Source: an uncultured Planctomycetia bacterium (lineage in GTDB: Bacteria > Omnitrophota > Gorgyraeia > Tantalellales > Tantalellaceae). From it: DNA of 64,000 nt. The position numbers were made by a program, and so were the translations under genes. The stretch covers positions 1,932 through 65,931 of the forward strand of contig CAYQUS010000008.1 in the NCBI GenBank assembly GCA_964421015.1, read 5' to 3'. Positions within the stretch are counted from its first letter, which is position 1; each line of letters opens with the position of its first letter. This document shows, piece by piece, positions 9,415-17,955 of this stretch. The notes under the pieces were generated by a model. That model was not told the origin of the DNA. It saw only the letters and a list, made by a program, of their open reading frames with translations, and made no database searches.

Positions 9415-9744
9415 ATGTCTGAAAAAGGGCTTTGTGACCTTGTTGTGACGATAGTCAATAAGGGTGACGCCGAAAAAGTTGTTGAATTCTCCAAAAGAGC
9501 GGGAGCCGGAGGCGGGACCATATTTTTCGCCAGGGGCACCGGAGGGCATGACCAGGTAAAACTTTTCGGGATATCCATAGAACCCGAGAAGGAGATAGTT
9601 CTTACGCTTGTGGAAAGCTGGAAAACCGACAAGGTGCTTTCCTCTATAGCCGAAGGCCTTGACCTTGAAAAACCGGGAAAGGGAATAGCTTTCGTTATCA
9701 ACGCCGGTCAGGTGGCAGGGTACGTTCCCAAAATATCGGGATAG
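9415..9744 (+). CDS. PII-like (GlnB-fold) signal-transduction protein
   Basis: About 110 aa with a beta-alpha-beta layout. Motifs include CDLVVTIVNKGDAEKVV, a T-loop-like GTGGHDQ, and IEPEKEIVLTLVE. An AGGAGG RBS sits upstream. This is the usual third gene after a DUF1538 pair. Confidence 0.6.
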   Translation: MSEKGLCDLVVTIVNKGDAEKVVEFSKRAGAGGGTIFFARGTGGHDQVKLFGISIEPEKEIVLTLVESWKTDKVLSSIAEGLDLEKPGKGIAFVINAGQVAGYVPKISG

Positions 9745-9764
9745 TCACGGATCTTTGATTTTCC

Positions 9765-9792
9765 TTGAACATACCGTTTAAAAGCCTATAAT
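9765..9792 (+). promoter_or_regulatory. sigma70-like promoter (TTGAAC-16-TATAAT)
   Basis: -35 TTGAAC at 9765-9770 and -10 TATAAT at 9787-9792. It lies upstream of the small ORF at 9848. Confidence 0.5.
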
Positions 9793-9847
9793 TAGGTAGA
9801 GAGTACTGATAGATTTTGTTGTTTTAAAGCAAAAAAAGGAGGGCAAG

Positions 9848-10015
9848 ATGGGCGGGCTTCTGGGTCTGGTTGTTCTTGTGCTCGATATTATCGCGATAGT
9901 GGATATAGTGAAGAGTTCCTTTGATACCGGCAAAAAGATCCTTTGGCTGGCGCTGGTTATATTGCTACCGGTACTTGGGATGGTTCTTTACTTCCTTGTA
10001 GGAAAGAAAAAGTAG
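9848..10015 (+). CDS. small PLDc_N-type (PLD nuclease N-terminal / YxlE-like) 2-TM membrane protein, 55 aa, absent from ORF track
   Basis: Translation: MGGLLGLVVLVLDIIAIVDIVKSSFDTGKKILWLALVILLPVLGMVLYFLVGKKK. The WLxxxLLxPxxGxxxYxxxG pattern is diagnostic of PF13396. An AAGGAGG RBS lies 6 nt upstream. Confidence 0.7.
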   Translation: MGGLLGLVVLVLDIIAIVDIVKSSFDTGKKILWLALVILLPVLGMVLYFLVGKKK

Positions 10016-10147
10016 AATACGCCTTACACAGGTGGTGATAAAAGTTTAAATGCCGAGTGTTCGGTCAAGAAGAGGACAGGCGTTTTTCCGTTTGTTTGGG
10101 AACAGCGCCTGTCCTCTTTTCAAATGTGAAAAGCGGGAGATTCAAGC

Positions 10148-11713
10148 ATGAAAAAAAGGACAAACATAGGGGTGTACCTTTTCTGCCTTATACTGATACT
10201 CGCTACAGCCGGTATTATATACTTCAAGATAAACACCGGAGGAGAAAGGGTCATAGCATCAAAAGACAGGGAACTGTGGCGCGTAAGCGTCATAATCAAC
10301 ATAGCCGGCGCCGGAGAGCCCGGGCGATTAAGGCTGTACCTTCCCCACAATACCAGAAGGCAGCTGATATACAACAGTCATTTCGATAACGACGGACTTG
10401 ATTTTACTCTTGAGGAACGTTACCCCACTGGCAACACCAGGGGGGTCTGGCGGTCCATGGCGCTTGACGGCGTAAGGCAGATCCAGTGTGATTTTTCAGC
10501 TCAGATAGTGAATATTCCTTATGTCATGCCGAAAGAACTTAAGATACCGGATGATCCTGAAACAGGTTACCCTGAGGATATAAACTTCTGGCTCAAGCAT
10601 TCCGAGCAGATACAGAGCAAGGATGATTTCATAGCGAAAAAGTGCAGAGAGATAGTAGGCAGGGAGAAAAAAGTTTCGGCTGTAGTGGAAAAGATATACG
10701 CTTTTGTAAGAGACGAGATAAAGTACAAGTCTGAAAAGGGAAGCCGGGACGCACGCAGGACCCTTGACGAACTGACCGCCGATTGCGGTGGTAAGGCGCG
10801 GCTTTTTGTGGCGATGAGCAGGGCTTCCGGTATACCTTCGAGAGTGGTGGGAGGGATAATACTCGATAACAAGGTCAAGAGGGTGACACATGTTTGGGCA
10901 GAGAACTATATCGGGGGTGAGTGGGTGCCGTTCGATGTGGTTAACGGCCACTTCGCTTATCTCCCGAACGATTACATGGAAATATACAGAGGAGATATCC
11001 CACTTTTGAAACACAAGGGGCTTTCCAGTATAGAGTGGGTTTTTATAGCGGGGCCGGCCAACATTCCCCCCATAGATAACGTCTGGTCGCTGTATGTGCT
11101 TCCCGAGCATTTGAACAACATGCTTAACATACTTCTTCTCATACCTTTCGGGGCCATGGTAACGGCTTTTTTGAGAAATGTGGTAGGCATACAGACTTTC
11201 GGGACGTTCTCGCCTATGCTGCTTGCCCTGGCTTTTTGCGAGGTAACTCTGGGGTTCGGTCTTGTGATCTTTGTCGTTATATTCCTGGCGGGGTGGGTGC
11301 TGCGTAAAGCGCTGGACGCGCTTAAGATACTTTTTATACCCAAGCTCTCGATAATACTGAGCGCGACAGTTATTATGGTCCTTGTGATAATGATGGTCGG
11401 GTTTAATCTGGGCATAAAGAAAATGTATTATGTGTCCATTTTTCCGCTTGTCATAATATCCTGGATAATAGAGAGGTTTACCATAAGCCAGCTCGAGGAC
11501 GGGACCGTACCGGCCCTTAAACTCGGTTTTTCTACGCTTGTAACGGCGATGATACTGTACTATTTCATGAACCTGCATATACTTAGGCTTTATCTTTTCG
11601 CGTTTCCAGAACTCATAATAGCCATGATAGGTGTACTGCTTCTTATCGGTAGATACACCGGGTTAAGGCTAACCGAGATCTTCCGGTTCAAGGAACTGAC
11701 GAAAAAATCCTGA
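10148..11713 (+). CDS. inactive transglutaminase-like domain fused to 7-TM domain (7TM_transglut family)
   Basis: An N-terminal TM helix is followed by a transglutaminase-like core (ADCGGKARLFVAMSRASGIPSRVVGGI...HVWAENY...FD) and then 7 predicted TM helices at the C-terminus. It is paired with a downstream ATP-grasp gene. Confidence 0.75.
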   Translation: MKKRTNIGVYLFCLILILATAGIIYFKINTGGERVIASKDRELWRVSVIINIAGAGEPGRLRLYLPHNTRRQLIYNSHFDNDGLDFTLEERYPTGNTRGVWRSMALDGVRQIQCDFSAQIVNIPYVMPKELKIPDDPETGYPEDINFWLKHSEQIQSKDDFIAKKCREIVGREKKVSAVVEKIYAFVRDEIKYKSEKGSRDARRTLDELTADCGGKARLFVAMSRASGIPSRVVGGIILDNKVKRVTHVWAENYIGGEWVPFDVVNGHFAYLPNDYMEIYRGDIPLLKHKGLSSIEWVFIAGPANIPPIDNVWSLYVLPEHLNNMLNILLLIPFGAMVTAFLRNVVGIQTFGTFSPMLLALAFCEVTLGFGLVIFVVIFLAGWVLRKALDALKILFIPKLSIILSATVIMVLVIMMVGFNLGIKKMYYVSIFPLVIISWIIERFTISQLEDGTVPALKLGFSTLVTAMILYYFMNLHILRLYLFAFPELIIAMIGVLLLIGRYTGLRLTEIFRFKELTKKS

Positions 11714-11722
11714 GGACGGAAC

Positions 11723-12661
11723 ATGATAAAAAAAATATTAAAGATAGACCCATCGATCCTGGGGATAAACCGCCGGAACCGCAACTACATAATGTTCTTT
11801 AATCCCAGGGGTAAATACCCGCTGGTCGACAATAAGCTTAAGACCAAAGAACTCTTGTCACAGCACGGGATACCGACGCCGGAGCTTTTCTTTTCCATTA
11901 AAGATTACAGGGATATGAGGTGCCTAGGGGAGGCGGCCTCTCTCGAGAGTTTTGTGGTAAAACCGGCCAATGGTTCCCAGGGAAGAGGCATACTTGTTGT
12001 AGCGGGAAAGGACGGCGAAGTCTGGAAGACCATAACCGGAGGTCGGGTATCGAACGTGGACCTGAAGTACCACATATCCAACATACTATCCGGGCTTTAT
12101 TCTCTTGGCGGCGATACCGATGACGCTTTTTTCGAGGCTTTCGTGGAAAGCCATGACGTTTTTTCCAGGGTGAGCTCCGAAGGTGTTCCGGATATAAGGA
12201 TCATTTTGTACAAGGGGATACCTGTCATGTCGATGCTGAGACTTCCCACTTTCGAATCGGGGGGGAAGGCGAATCTGCACCAGGGAGGGGTGGGCGCGGG
12301 AATACATCTAAAAAGCGGACTTACTTTCGGAGGGGTACATCATGATAAGTTTATTTCAGTCCACCCCGATACCGCCTGCCCCATAGAAGGGATTGAAATA
12401 CCATTTTGGGAAGATATACTCAGGATAGCGATAAGAACCTACCCTATATTCGGGATGGGATATTTCGGGATAGATTTCGCCATAGACAAAAAAACCGGAC
12501 CCACCATTTTCGAGCTTAACGCCAGGCCCGGACTCAGCGTTCAGATAGCGAACAGGGCGGGTCTTGTGCCCAGGCTTGAGAGGATAGACGGGATATTGAG
12601 GAAGACACCCGAACTTTCCGAGGACGAGAAGATAAACGTAGTAATGACTTCCGGTATTTAA
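11723..12661 (+). CDS. alpha-L-glutamate ligase-like (RimK-type) ATP-grasp protein
   Basis: ILGINRRNRNYIMFFNPRGKYPLVDNKLKTKELL matches TIGR02291-type proteins. FVVKPANGSQGRGILVV is the ATP-grasp loop. Confidence 0.8.
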   Translation: MIKKILKIDPSILGINRRNRNYIMFFNPRGKYPLVDNKLKTKELLSQHGIPTPELFFSIKDYRDMRCLGEAASLESFVVKPANGSQGRGILVVAGKDGEVWKTITGGRVSNVDLKYHISNILSGLYSLGGDTDDAFFEAFVESHDVFSRVSSEGVPDIRIILYKGIPVMSMLRLPTFESGGKANLHQGGVGAGIHLKSGLTFGGVHHDKFISVHPDTACPIEGIEIPFWEDILRIAIRTYPIFGMGYFGIDFAIDKKTGPTIFELNARPGLSVQIANRAGLVPRLERIDGILRKTPELSEDEKINVVMTSGI

Positions 12662-12693
12662 CCAGATAAACAAAAAATAAAACCATAAAAAGT

Positions 12694-12727
12694 TTGACAA
12701 TATTAGAATATTAGGATATTCTAATAT
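12694..12727 (+). promoter_or_regulatory. promoter with perfect 12-4-12 palindromic operator (likely ArsR autoregulatory site)
   Basis: TTGACA at 12694-12699. ATATTAGAATAT (12700-12711), a tagg spacer, then ATATTCTAATAT (12716-12727). The palindrome overlaps the -10 region, 5 nt before the arsR-family start codon. Confidence 0.65.
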
Positions 12728-12731
12728 TGCT

Positions 12732-13022
12732 ATGAGAACGATCCCTGAATACCCTTTTGAAGAAGCGTCAGTTATACTTAAGGCCGCGGCTCACCCTGTG
12801 AGGCTTAAGATACTGGCTTTGCTTGAGGATAAGAGCATGAAGGTAGGGGACATACAGCGTATGGCCGGAGTGAAGCAATCGATAACCAGCCAGCATCTTG
12901 CTGAACTTATGTCTCGCGGGATACTGGGGCGGGAGCGCAAGGGTAACGAGGTTTACTATCATATAAAAAAGAAGGAAGTGCTGGGGATTTTGTCCTGTAT
13001 AAAAAAATGCTGCAAAAACTGA
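12732..13022 (+). CDS. ArsR/SmtB-family HTH transcriptional regulator
   Basis: PVRLKILALLEDKSMKVGDIQRMAGVKQSITSQHLAELMSRGIL is the classic ArsR HTH. Confidence 0.85.
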   Translation: MRTIPEYPFEEASVILKAAAHPVRLKILALLEDKSMKVGDIQRMAGVKQSITSQHLAELMSRGILGRERKGNEVYYHIKKKEVLGILSCIKKCCKN

Positions 13023-13028
13023 AAAGGG

Positions 13029-15563
13029 ATGTATATGTTTAAACGAATAATAGCGTTTTCAATCAACAGACCTCTTGTGATAATGGCGATAGTAGCGGCC
13101 GCTACAGTTGTAAGTGTTTTGCAGTTCCCTAAAATGAAGGTCGATACCGATCCCGAGAACATGCTTCCCGAAGATGAGTTTGTCAGGGTCTTTCATCACG
13201 AAATAAAAAGAGAGTTCGGTCTTTACGATTTCATAGTTCTTGGAGTAGTGAACGAAGAAGCCGAGAACGGGGTATTCTCTCCCGAGACACTTGAAAAGGT
13301 TTATGCCATAACCGAAAAGATCAAGGGGATAAACGGGGTCATAGCGTATGAACTTATAAGCCCCTCGACAAAAGACGATATAGAACAGGCCGGGCCGGGA
13401 GAGGTGAGTTTCAGGTGGCTTATGGGGCCTCCGCCGTATAGCGATGAAGAGGCTCTTAAGATAAGGGACAGGGCCAGGGAAAACCCCATGTTCGACGGGA
13501 CGATAGTGTCGGAAGACGGAAAGGCCCTTTGCATATATGTCCCAATAGAGGCAAAGGATCAGAGCTACAGGATATCCAGGGAAATAAGGGAGATAGTAAG
13601 GGAACTGAAGGGTGAGGAGAGATATCATATAACCGGACTTCCGGTGGCAGAGGATACCTTCGGTTTCGAGATGTTCACGCAGATGGCTGTTTCCGCCCCT
13701 CTGGCCATGCTGGTGATATTTTTTCTAATGCTTTTCTTTTTCAGGAACGCGAAACTTGTTGTTGTGCCGCTTATTCTGGCCGGGATAACGGTCCTTATAA
13801 CAATGGGCGCTCTCATAGGAGCCGGGTTCACGGTCCACATAATGAGCTCGATGATACCCATCTTCCTGATGCCCATATCCGTACTTGATTCCGTTCATAT
13901 CCTCAGCGAGTTTTTTGAAAGATACCAGAAGTCGCAAGACAGGAAAAAGGCCGTAACGGAAACGATAGAGGACCTGTTCATGCCCATGCTCTTCACTTCT
14001 CTTACTACCACGGCCGGTTTTTTCTCTCTGGCTTTCGCCGAAATACCTCCCGTTCAGGTATTCGGGGTTTTTGTGGCCTTCGGCGTTATGGTGGCGTGGA
14101 TCCTGACCATAACCTTTATACCCGCTTCAGTGGCTCTCATGAAAAAAGAATGGTTCCTTGGTTTCGGCGCGAACAAGACGGCTTCAGAAACCTCCAGAAT
14201 AAACCGTTTTCTCGAGGCGGCCGGCAGATTTTCCACGTCAAAATGGAAGACGGTCCTGGTTTTTTCGGGGCTTTTGTGTGTGTTTTCGGTTTACGGAATA
14301 ACTAAGATAGTTATAAACGACAATCCCGTTAAATGGTTCACGCCTTCTCACGAGATAAGAGTAGCGGACGATATTCTTAACGAGCATTTCGGCGGCACTT
14401 ACACTGCTTATTTTGTAATGGAGGCCGAGGATAAGGAGGGGGAGGTTTTCAAGGAGCCGGAAATGCTGAGATACGTCGAAAAGCTGCAGCGGCATGTTCT
14501 TGCGGACGGGGATGTCGGTAAAACCACTTCTCTGGCAGATGTGACTAAGAAAATATACTACGAGCTTCTCGGCGGAGATAAGAAAAACAACGTTATCCCA
14601 GATACGAAAGAGGCCGTGGCGCAGAGCCTGTTCTCTTACCAGAATTCCCATAAGCCTGACGATCTGTGGCACTTTACCTCTCCGGATCACTCAAAACTTA
14701 ACATATGGTTCCAGCTTAAGACGGGAGATAATGTCGGTATGACCAGGGTGGAAAATACCGTGAAGGATTTTATCGCCCAGAATACCCCGCCTTTTCCGCT
14801 GAAGACGGGTTGGGCGGGCCTTACCTACATAAACGTCGTATGGCAGAACCGGATGGTAGCCGGGATGCTTATGAACTTTCTGGGAAGCTTCATAATAGTG
14901 CTTTTTATGATGGTGTTCCTTTTCCGTTCGCCGGTGAGGGGTATAGTATCAATGGTGCCTCTTACCGTGACCATAGTTTTCATATACAGTCTTCTCGGGT
15001 TCGTCGGCAAGAACTACGATATGCCGGTGGCGGTTCTCTCGGCGCTTACACTCGGGCTTTCGGTGGATTTCGCCATACATTTCCTGCAGAGGGCAAGGGA
15101 AATATACGCGGTAAAAGGCAACTGGGCGGATACATCCGCCGAAATGTTCCGCGAACCGGCGAGGGCAATACTTAAGAACGCTCTTGTAATATCTATCGGG
15201 TTTCTGCCGCTTCTGGCCGCGCCGCTGGTGCCTTACAAGACCGTGGGCGTTTTCATGTTCCTTATAATGCTCACTTCGAGTTTCGGCACGCTTATACTGC
15301 TTCCGGCGATAATATCGGCTTTTCCGGATGTGATCTTCGATGAGAAGAAAAACCCGGCCTGTAAATGTTCTTACTGCGTGATCTTTGGCATCATAGTGGC
15401 CGCCTCGGTGGCTTATGTCATAGGGGGATATTCCATAACTTCATGGAAGGCCACTACTTTTATAACGGTTGCCATAATAGGAGTAACGGCCGGAATCTGC
15501 AATATTGTTTCCAGGAACAGCATATGCGCGGGTACAAAGGAGGGTAAAAATGAGAAAGTTTAA
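13029..15563 (+). CDS. MMPL/RND-superfamily exporter (two 6-TM sterol-sensing-like halves with periplasmic loops; HpnN-like)
   Basis: An 844 aa protein with 12 predicted TM helices in two repeats, each followed by a large periplasmic domain. This is typical MMPL architecture. The ATG at 13035 is an alternative start. Confidence 0.75.
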   Translation: MYMFKRIIAFSINRPLVIMAIVAAATVVSVLQFPKMKVDTDPENMLPEDEFVRVFHHEIKREFGLYDFIVLGVVNEEAENGVFSPETLEKVYAITEKIKGINGVIAYELISPSTKDDIEQAGPGEVSFRWLMGPPPYSDEEALKIRDRARENPMFDGTIVSEDGKALCIYVPIEAKDQSYRISREIREIVRELKGEERYHITGLPVAEDTFGFEMFTQMAVSAPLAMLVIFFLMLFFFRNAKLVVVPLILAGITVLITMGALIGAGFTVHIMSSMIPIFLMPISVLDSVHILSEFFERYQKSQDRKKAVTETIEDLFMPMLFTSLTTTAGFFSLAFAEIPPVQVFGVFVAFGVMVAWILTITFIPASVALMKKEWFLGFGANKTASETSRINRFLEAAGRFSTSKWKTVLVFSGLLCVFSVYGITKIVINDNPVKWFTPSHEIRVADDILNEHFGGTYTAYFVMEAEDKEGEVFKEPEMLRYVEKLQRHVLADGDVGKTTSLADVTKKIYYELLGGDKKNNVIPDTKEAVAQSLFSYQNSHKPDDLWHFTSPDHSKLNIWFQLKTGDNVGMTRVENTVKDFIAQNTPPFPLKTGWAGLTYINVVWQNRMVAGMLMNFLGSFIIVLFMMVFLFRSPVRGIVSMVPLTVTIVFIYSLLGFVGKNYDMPVAVLSALTLGLSVDFAIHFLQRAREIYAVKGNWADTSAEMFREPARAILKNALVISIGFLPLLAAPLVPYKTVGVFMFLIMLTSSFGTLILLPAIISAFPDVIFDEKKNPACKCSYCVIFGIIVAASVAYVIGGYSITSWKATTFITVAIIGVTAGICNIVSRNSICAGTKEGKNEKV

Positions 15564-16344
15564 GGTTTTGTCGGTTTTATCGGTTCTGCTTATATGTCTG
15601 GCTCCGCTGGCCAGAGGCATGAGCGCTCAGGAGGTCGTAAAAAGATCAAATCAGGCGTCCTATTATCAGGGTAAGGATGGGAGGGCCAGGGTTCACATGG
15701 TTATAACCGACTCTCTTGGAAGGACCAGAGAAAGGGAAATGACCATACTAAGGCTCGATGACGAAAGCGATATAAATCAGAAATATTACGTGTATTTCGA
15801 TAAGCCGAGCGATGTAAGGGGCATGGCCTATATGGTGTGGAAAAACCCCGGAAAAGACGACGACAGGTGGCTGTATCTCCCGGCGCTTGACCTTGTAAGA
15901 AGAGTGGCCTCCAGCGACAAAAGATCAAGTTTTGCCGGGTCCCATTTCGCGTATGAGGAGATATCCGGCAGGGGCGAGGAAGAGGACGAGCATGTTATCG
16001 AAGATGAAACGGAGGGATCTTACAGGATAAAAAGCACGCCCAAGGATCCCGCCTCGGTTGAGTTCTCATATTTTGTTACATGGATAGATAAAGTGACTTT
16101 TCTCCCTAAAAAAGCCGAGCTTTTTGATAAGAACGGCAAACATTACAAGACGATCGAGGCTCTTGAAGTCCAGGAGATACAGGGGTTCCCCACAATTACA
16201 AAGATGAAGGCCTCGGATCTTAACTCAAAAGGAGAAACGGTTTCGGAATTCTCGGATATAAGTTATGATGTCGGGATAGAGGATAGCGTCTTTACGGAGA
16301 GATATTTACGGAAACCTCCAAGGAACAGCATTGAGCTGAGATGA
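15550..16344 (+). CDS. LolA-like outer-membrane lipoprotein-sorting family protein (periplasmic)
   Basis: Signal peptide MRKFKVLSVLSVLLICLAPLARG. It shows the open beta-barrel LolA-like pattern commonly encoded next to MMPL exporters. AAGGAGGG RBS. It overlaps the end of the MMPL gene. Confidence 0.55.
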   Translation: MRKFKVLSVLSVLLICLAPLARGMSAQEVVKRSNQASYYQGKDGRARVHMVITDSLGRTREREMTILRLDDESDINQKYYVYFDKPSDVRGMAYMVWKNPGKDDDRWLYLPALDLVRRVASSDKRSSFAGSHFAYEEISGRGEEEDEHVIEDETEGSYRIKSTPKDPASVEFSYFVTWIDKVTFLPKKAELFDKNGKHYKTIEALEVQEIQGFPTITKMKASDLNSKGETVSEFSDISYDVGIEDSVFTERYLRKPPRNSIELR

Positions 16345-17645
16345 AGAGAATAGTAAAAATTTTATCCAAGTGGAGCGCGGCTATAGTTGTGCAGGCGATC
16401 GTTCTCTTGCCCTGGCAGGGGGCGAGCGCTTCCGATCTTCCCAGGCTGCATGGTTTTCTTGAGGAGGCCTACGCCCCAAGGATAGGCAAAGACGATACGC
16501 GGCACAGGCAGTACAATATGGCCGAGGCCAGGGCGCAGCTTAAGACCAACTATTATTTCTCGGGAGATAACATCCTGTCGGACTGGCAGACATCGGTTAA
16601 CGCGAAGTGCGATTTTGTTCTGGATCTTTATCAGGGGGGTAAAGTCATCACGGACCTCAGAGAGCTCAATACGTCTTTCACCCCGATGGAGATAATGGAC
16701 ATAAAAGCCGGGCGTCAGGTGCTTACCTGGGGGACTGGGGATTATATTTTTCTTAACGATCTTTTTCCTAAAGATTATGAGTCCTTTTTTATAGGCAGGG
16801 ACGACGAATATCTTAAGAAGCCTAATGACGCTCTGAGGCTAATGCTGTATCCGGAGATAGTTAACCTGGACCTTATCTGGATACCTTTTTTCGAGCCCGA
16901 TACGGTGCCTTCGGGAGACAGGGTAAGTTATTTTGACCCGTTTCAGGGAAAGATAGCCGGGGTGACGGCGGAACGCGACATACTGATGCCGGCTAAAAAG
17001 CCGTCTAATTTCGTTTATGCGGGTAGGGCGTATCGGTCTTTTGGTTCATATGAGGCGGCGGCTTACTATTACAGGGGATTCGATCCTTCGCCAAAAAGCT
17101 ATTACGACGAAGCCGCTCACAGGCTTTATCACGAAAGACTTGATTCTTACGGCGGAAGCTTGAGGGGGCCAGTTTTCTGGGGGATAGGGAACGTCGAGGC
17201 TTCTTACTATTATTCCCCCGAAGACCATAACGGCGACATAAGGACCATACAGAATTCCAGGATGAAATATCTCGCGGGATACGAAAAAGATCTCGGGAAC
17301 GATTTTTCCATGGCCTTCCAGTACTACCTTGAGCAGACGCTTGACTACAGGCAATATGAAAGGGCTCTCTTGCCCGCGGACTATAAATGGGCGGAATACC
17401 GGCACACCATAACCAACAGGCTGACAAAATTTTTCGCCAACCAGACGGTCAAGATAAGTTTTTTCACGTTCTTCTCGCCGTCGGACCTCGATGTTTACAC
17501 AAGGCCGTCCATAAGCTGGAGCCCCAGAGAATCCTGGACACTCACAGTGGGGTCGGACCTTATCTGGGGCAAGTCATCAATCACGGAGTTCGGGAGCGTA
17601 CAGAAAAATAAGAATATTTACGCCCGGCTCAGGTACAGTTTTTAA
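16341..17645 (+). CDS. outer-membrane beta-barrel protein (DUF1302/alginate-export-like?)
   Basis: Signal peptide, amphipathic beta-strand periodicity and a terminal ...RYSF. It is translationally coupled to the LolA-like gene (ATGA overlap). Confidence 0.5.
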   Translation: MKRIVKILSKWSAAIVVQAIVLLPWQGASASDLPRLHGFLEEAYAPRIGKDDTRHRQYNMAEARAQLKTNYYFSGDNILSDWQTSVNAKCDFVLDLYQGGKVITDLRELNTSFTPMEIMDIKAGRQVLTWGTGDYIFLNDLFPKDYESFFIGRDDEYLKKPNDALRLMLYPEIVNLDLIWIPFFEPDTVPSGDRVSYFDPFQGKIAGVTAERDILMPAKKPSNFVYAGRAYRSFGSYEAAAYYYRGFDPSPKSYYDEAAHRLYHERLDSYGGSLRGPVFWGIGNVEASYYYSPEDHNGDIRTIQNSRMKYLAGYEKDLGNDFSMAFQYYLEQTLDYRQYERALLPADYKWAEYRHTITNRLTKFFANQTVKISFFTFFSPSDLDVYTRPSISWSPRESWTLTVGSDLIWGKSSITEFGSVQKNKNIYARLRYSF

Positions 17646-17655
17646 GGAGGGATCT

Positions 17656-17853
17656 ATGATAGAAAGGATCTTACGCGGCGCAGCGGGGTTTTTCGTGCTT
17701 TTGAGCGTGGGTTTAGCTTTTCTGGTAGACATTAAATGGCTCTTTTTCACCGCTTTTGTGGGAATAAACCTTCTGCAGTCCGCTTTTACGAACTGGTGCC
17801 CGATGATGTACCTGCTTGAAAAGGCAGGGGTGGGAGAAAAGGGCTTAAAGTAG
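17656..17853 (+). CDS. DUF2892 (YgaP-like) small 2-TM membrane protein
   Basis: RGAAGFFVLLSVGLAF...FFTAFVGINLLQSAFTNWCPMMYLL matches the DUF2892 pattern. Confidence 0.65.
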   Translation: MIERILRGAAGFFVLLSVGLAFLVDIKWLFFTAFVGINLLQSAFTNWCPMMYLLEKAGVGEKGLK

Positions 17854-17880
17854 AGCCTGTTCTTATTCAGGGCTGTTTAC

Positions 17881-17909
17881 TTGTAAAAAAATCCGTCTCA
17901 CCTTATAAT
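17881..17909 (+). promoter_or_regulatory. sigma70-like promoter (TTGTAA-17-TATAAT) for secreted-protein operon
   Basis: -35 TTGTAA at 17881 and -10 TATAAT at 17904-17909. Confidence 0.45.
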
Positions 17910-17955
17910 GCTTTTTGAAACTGAAAGAGGATGGTTGTTTCTCAACGGGAGTAAA

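Noticed and set aside
10496-11578. 360-aa ORF on the minus strand
   Set aside because: It lies entirely antisense within the 7TM-transglutaminase gene. It is His/Tyr/Arg-rich low-complexity translation with no RBS. It is typical shadow-ORF composition.
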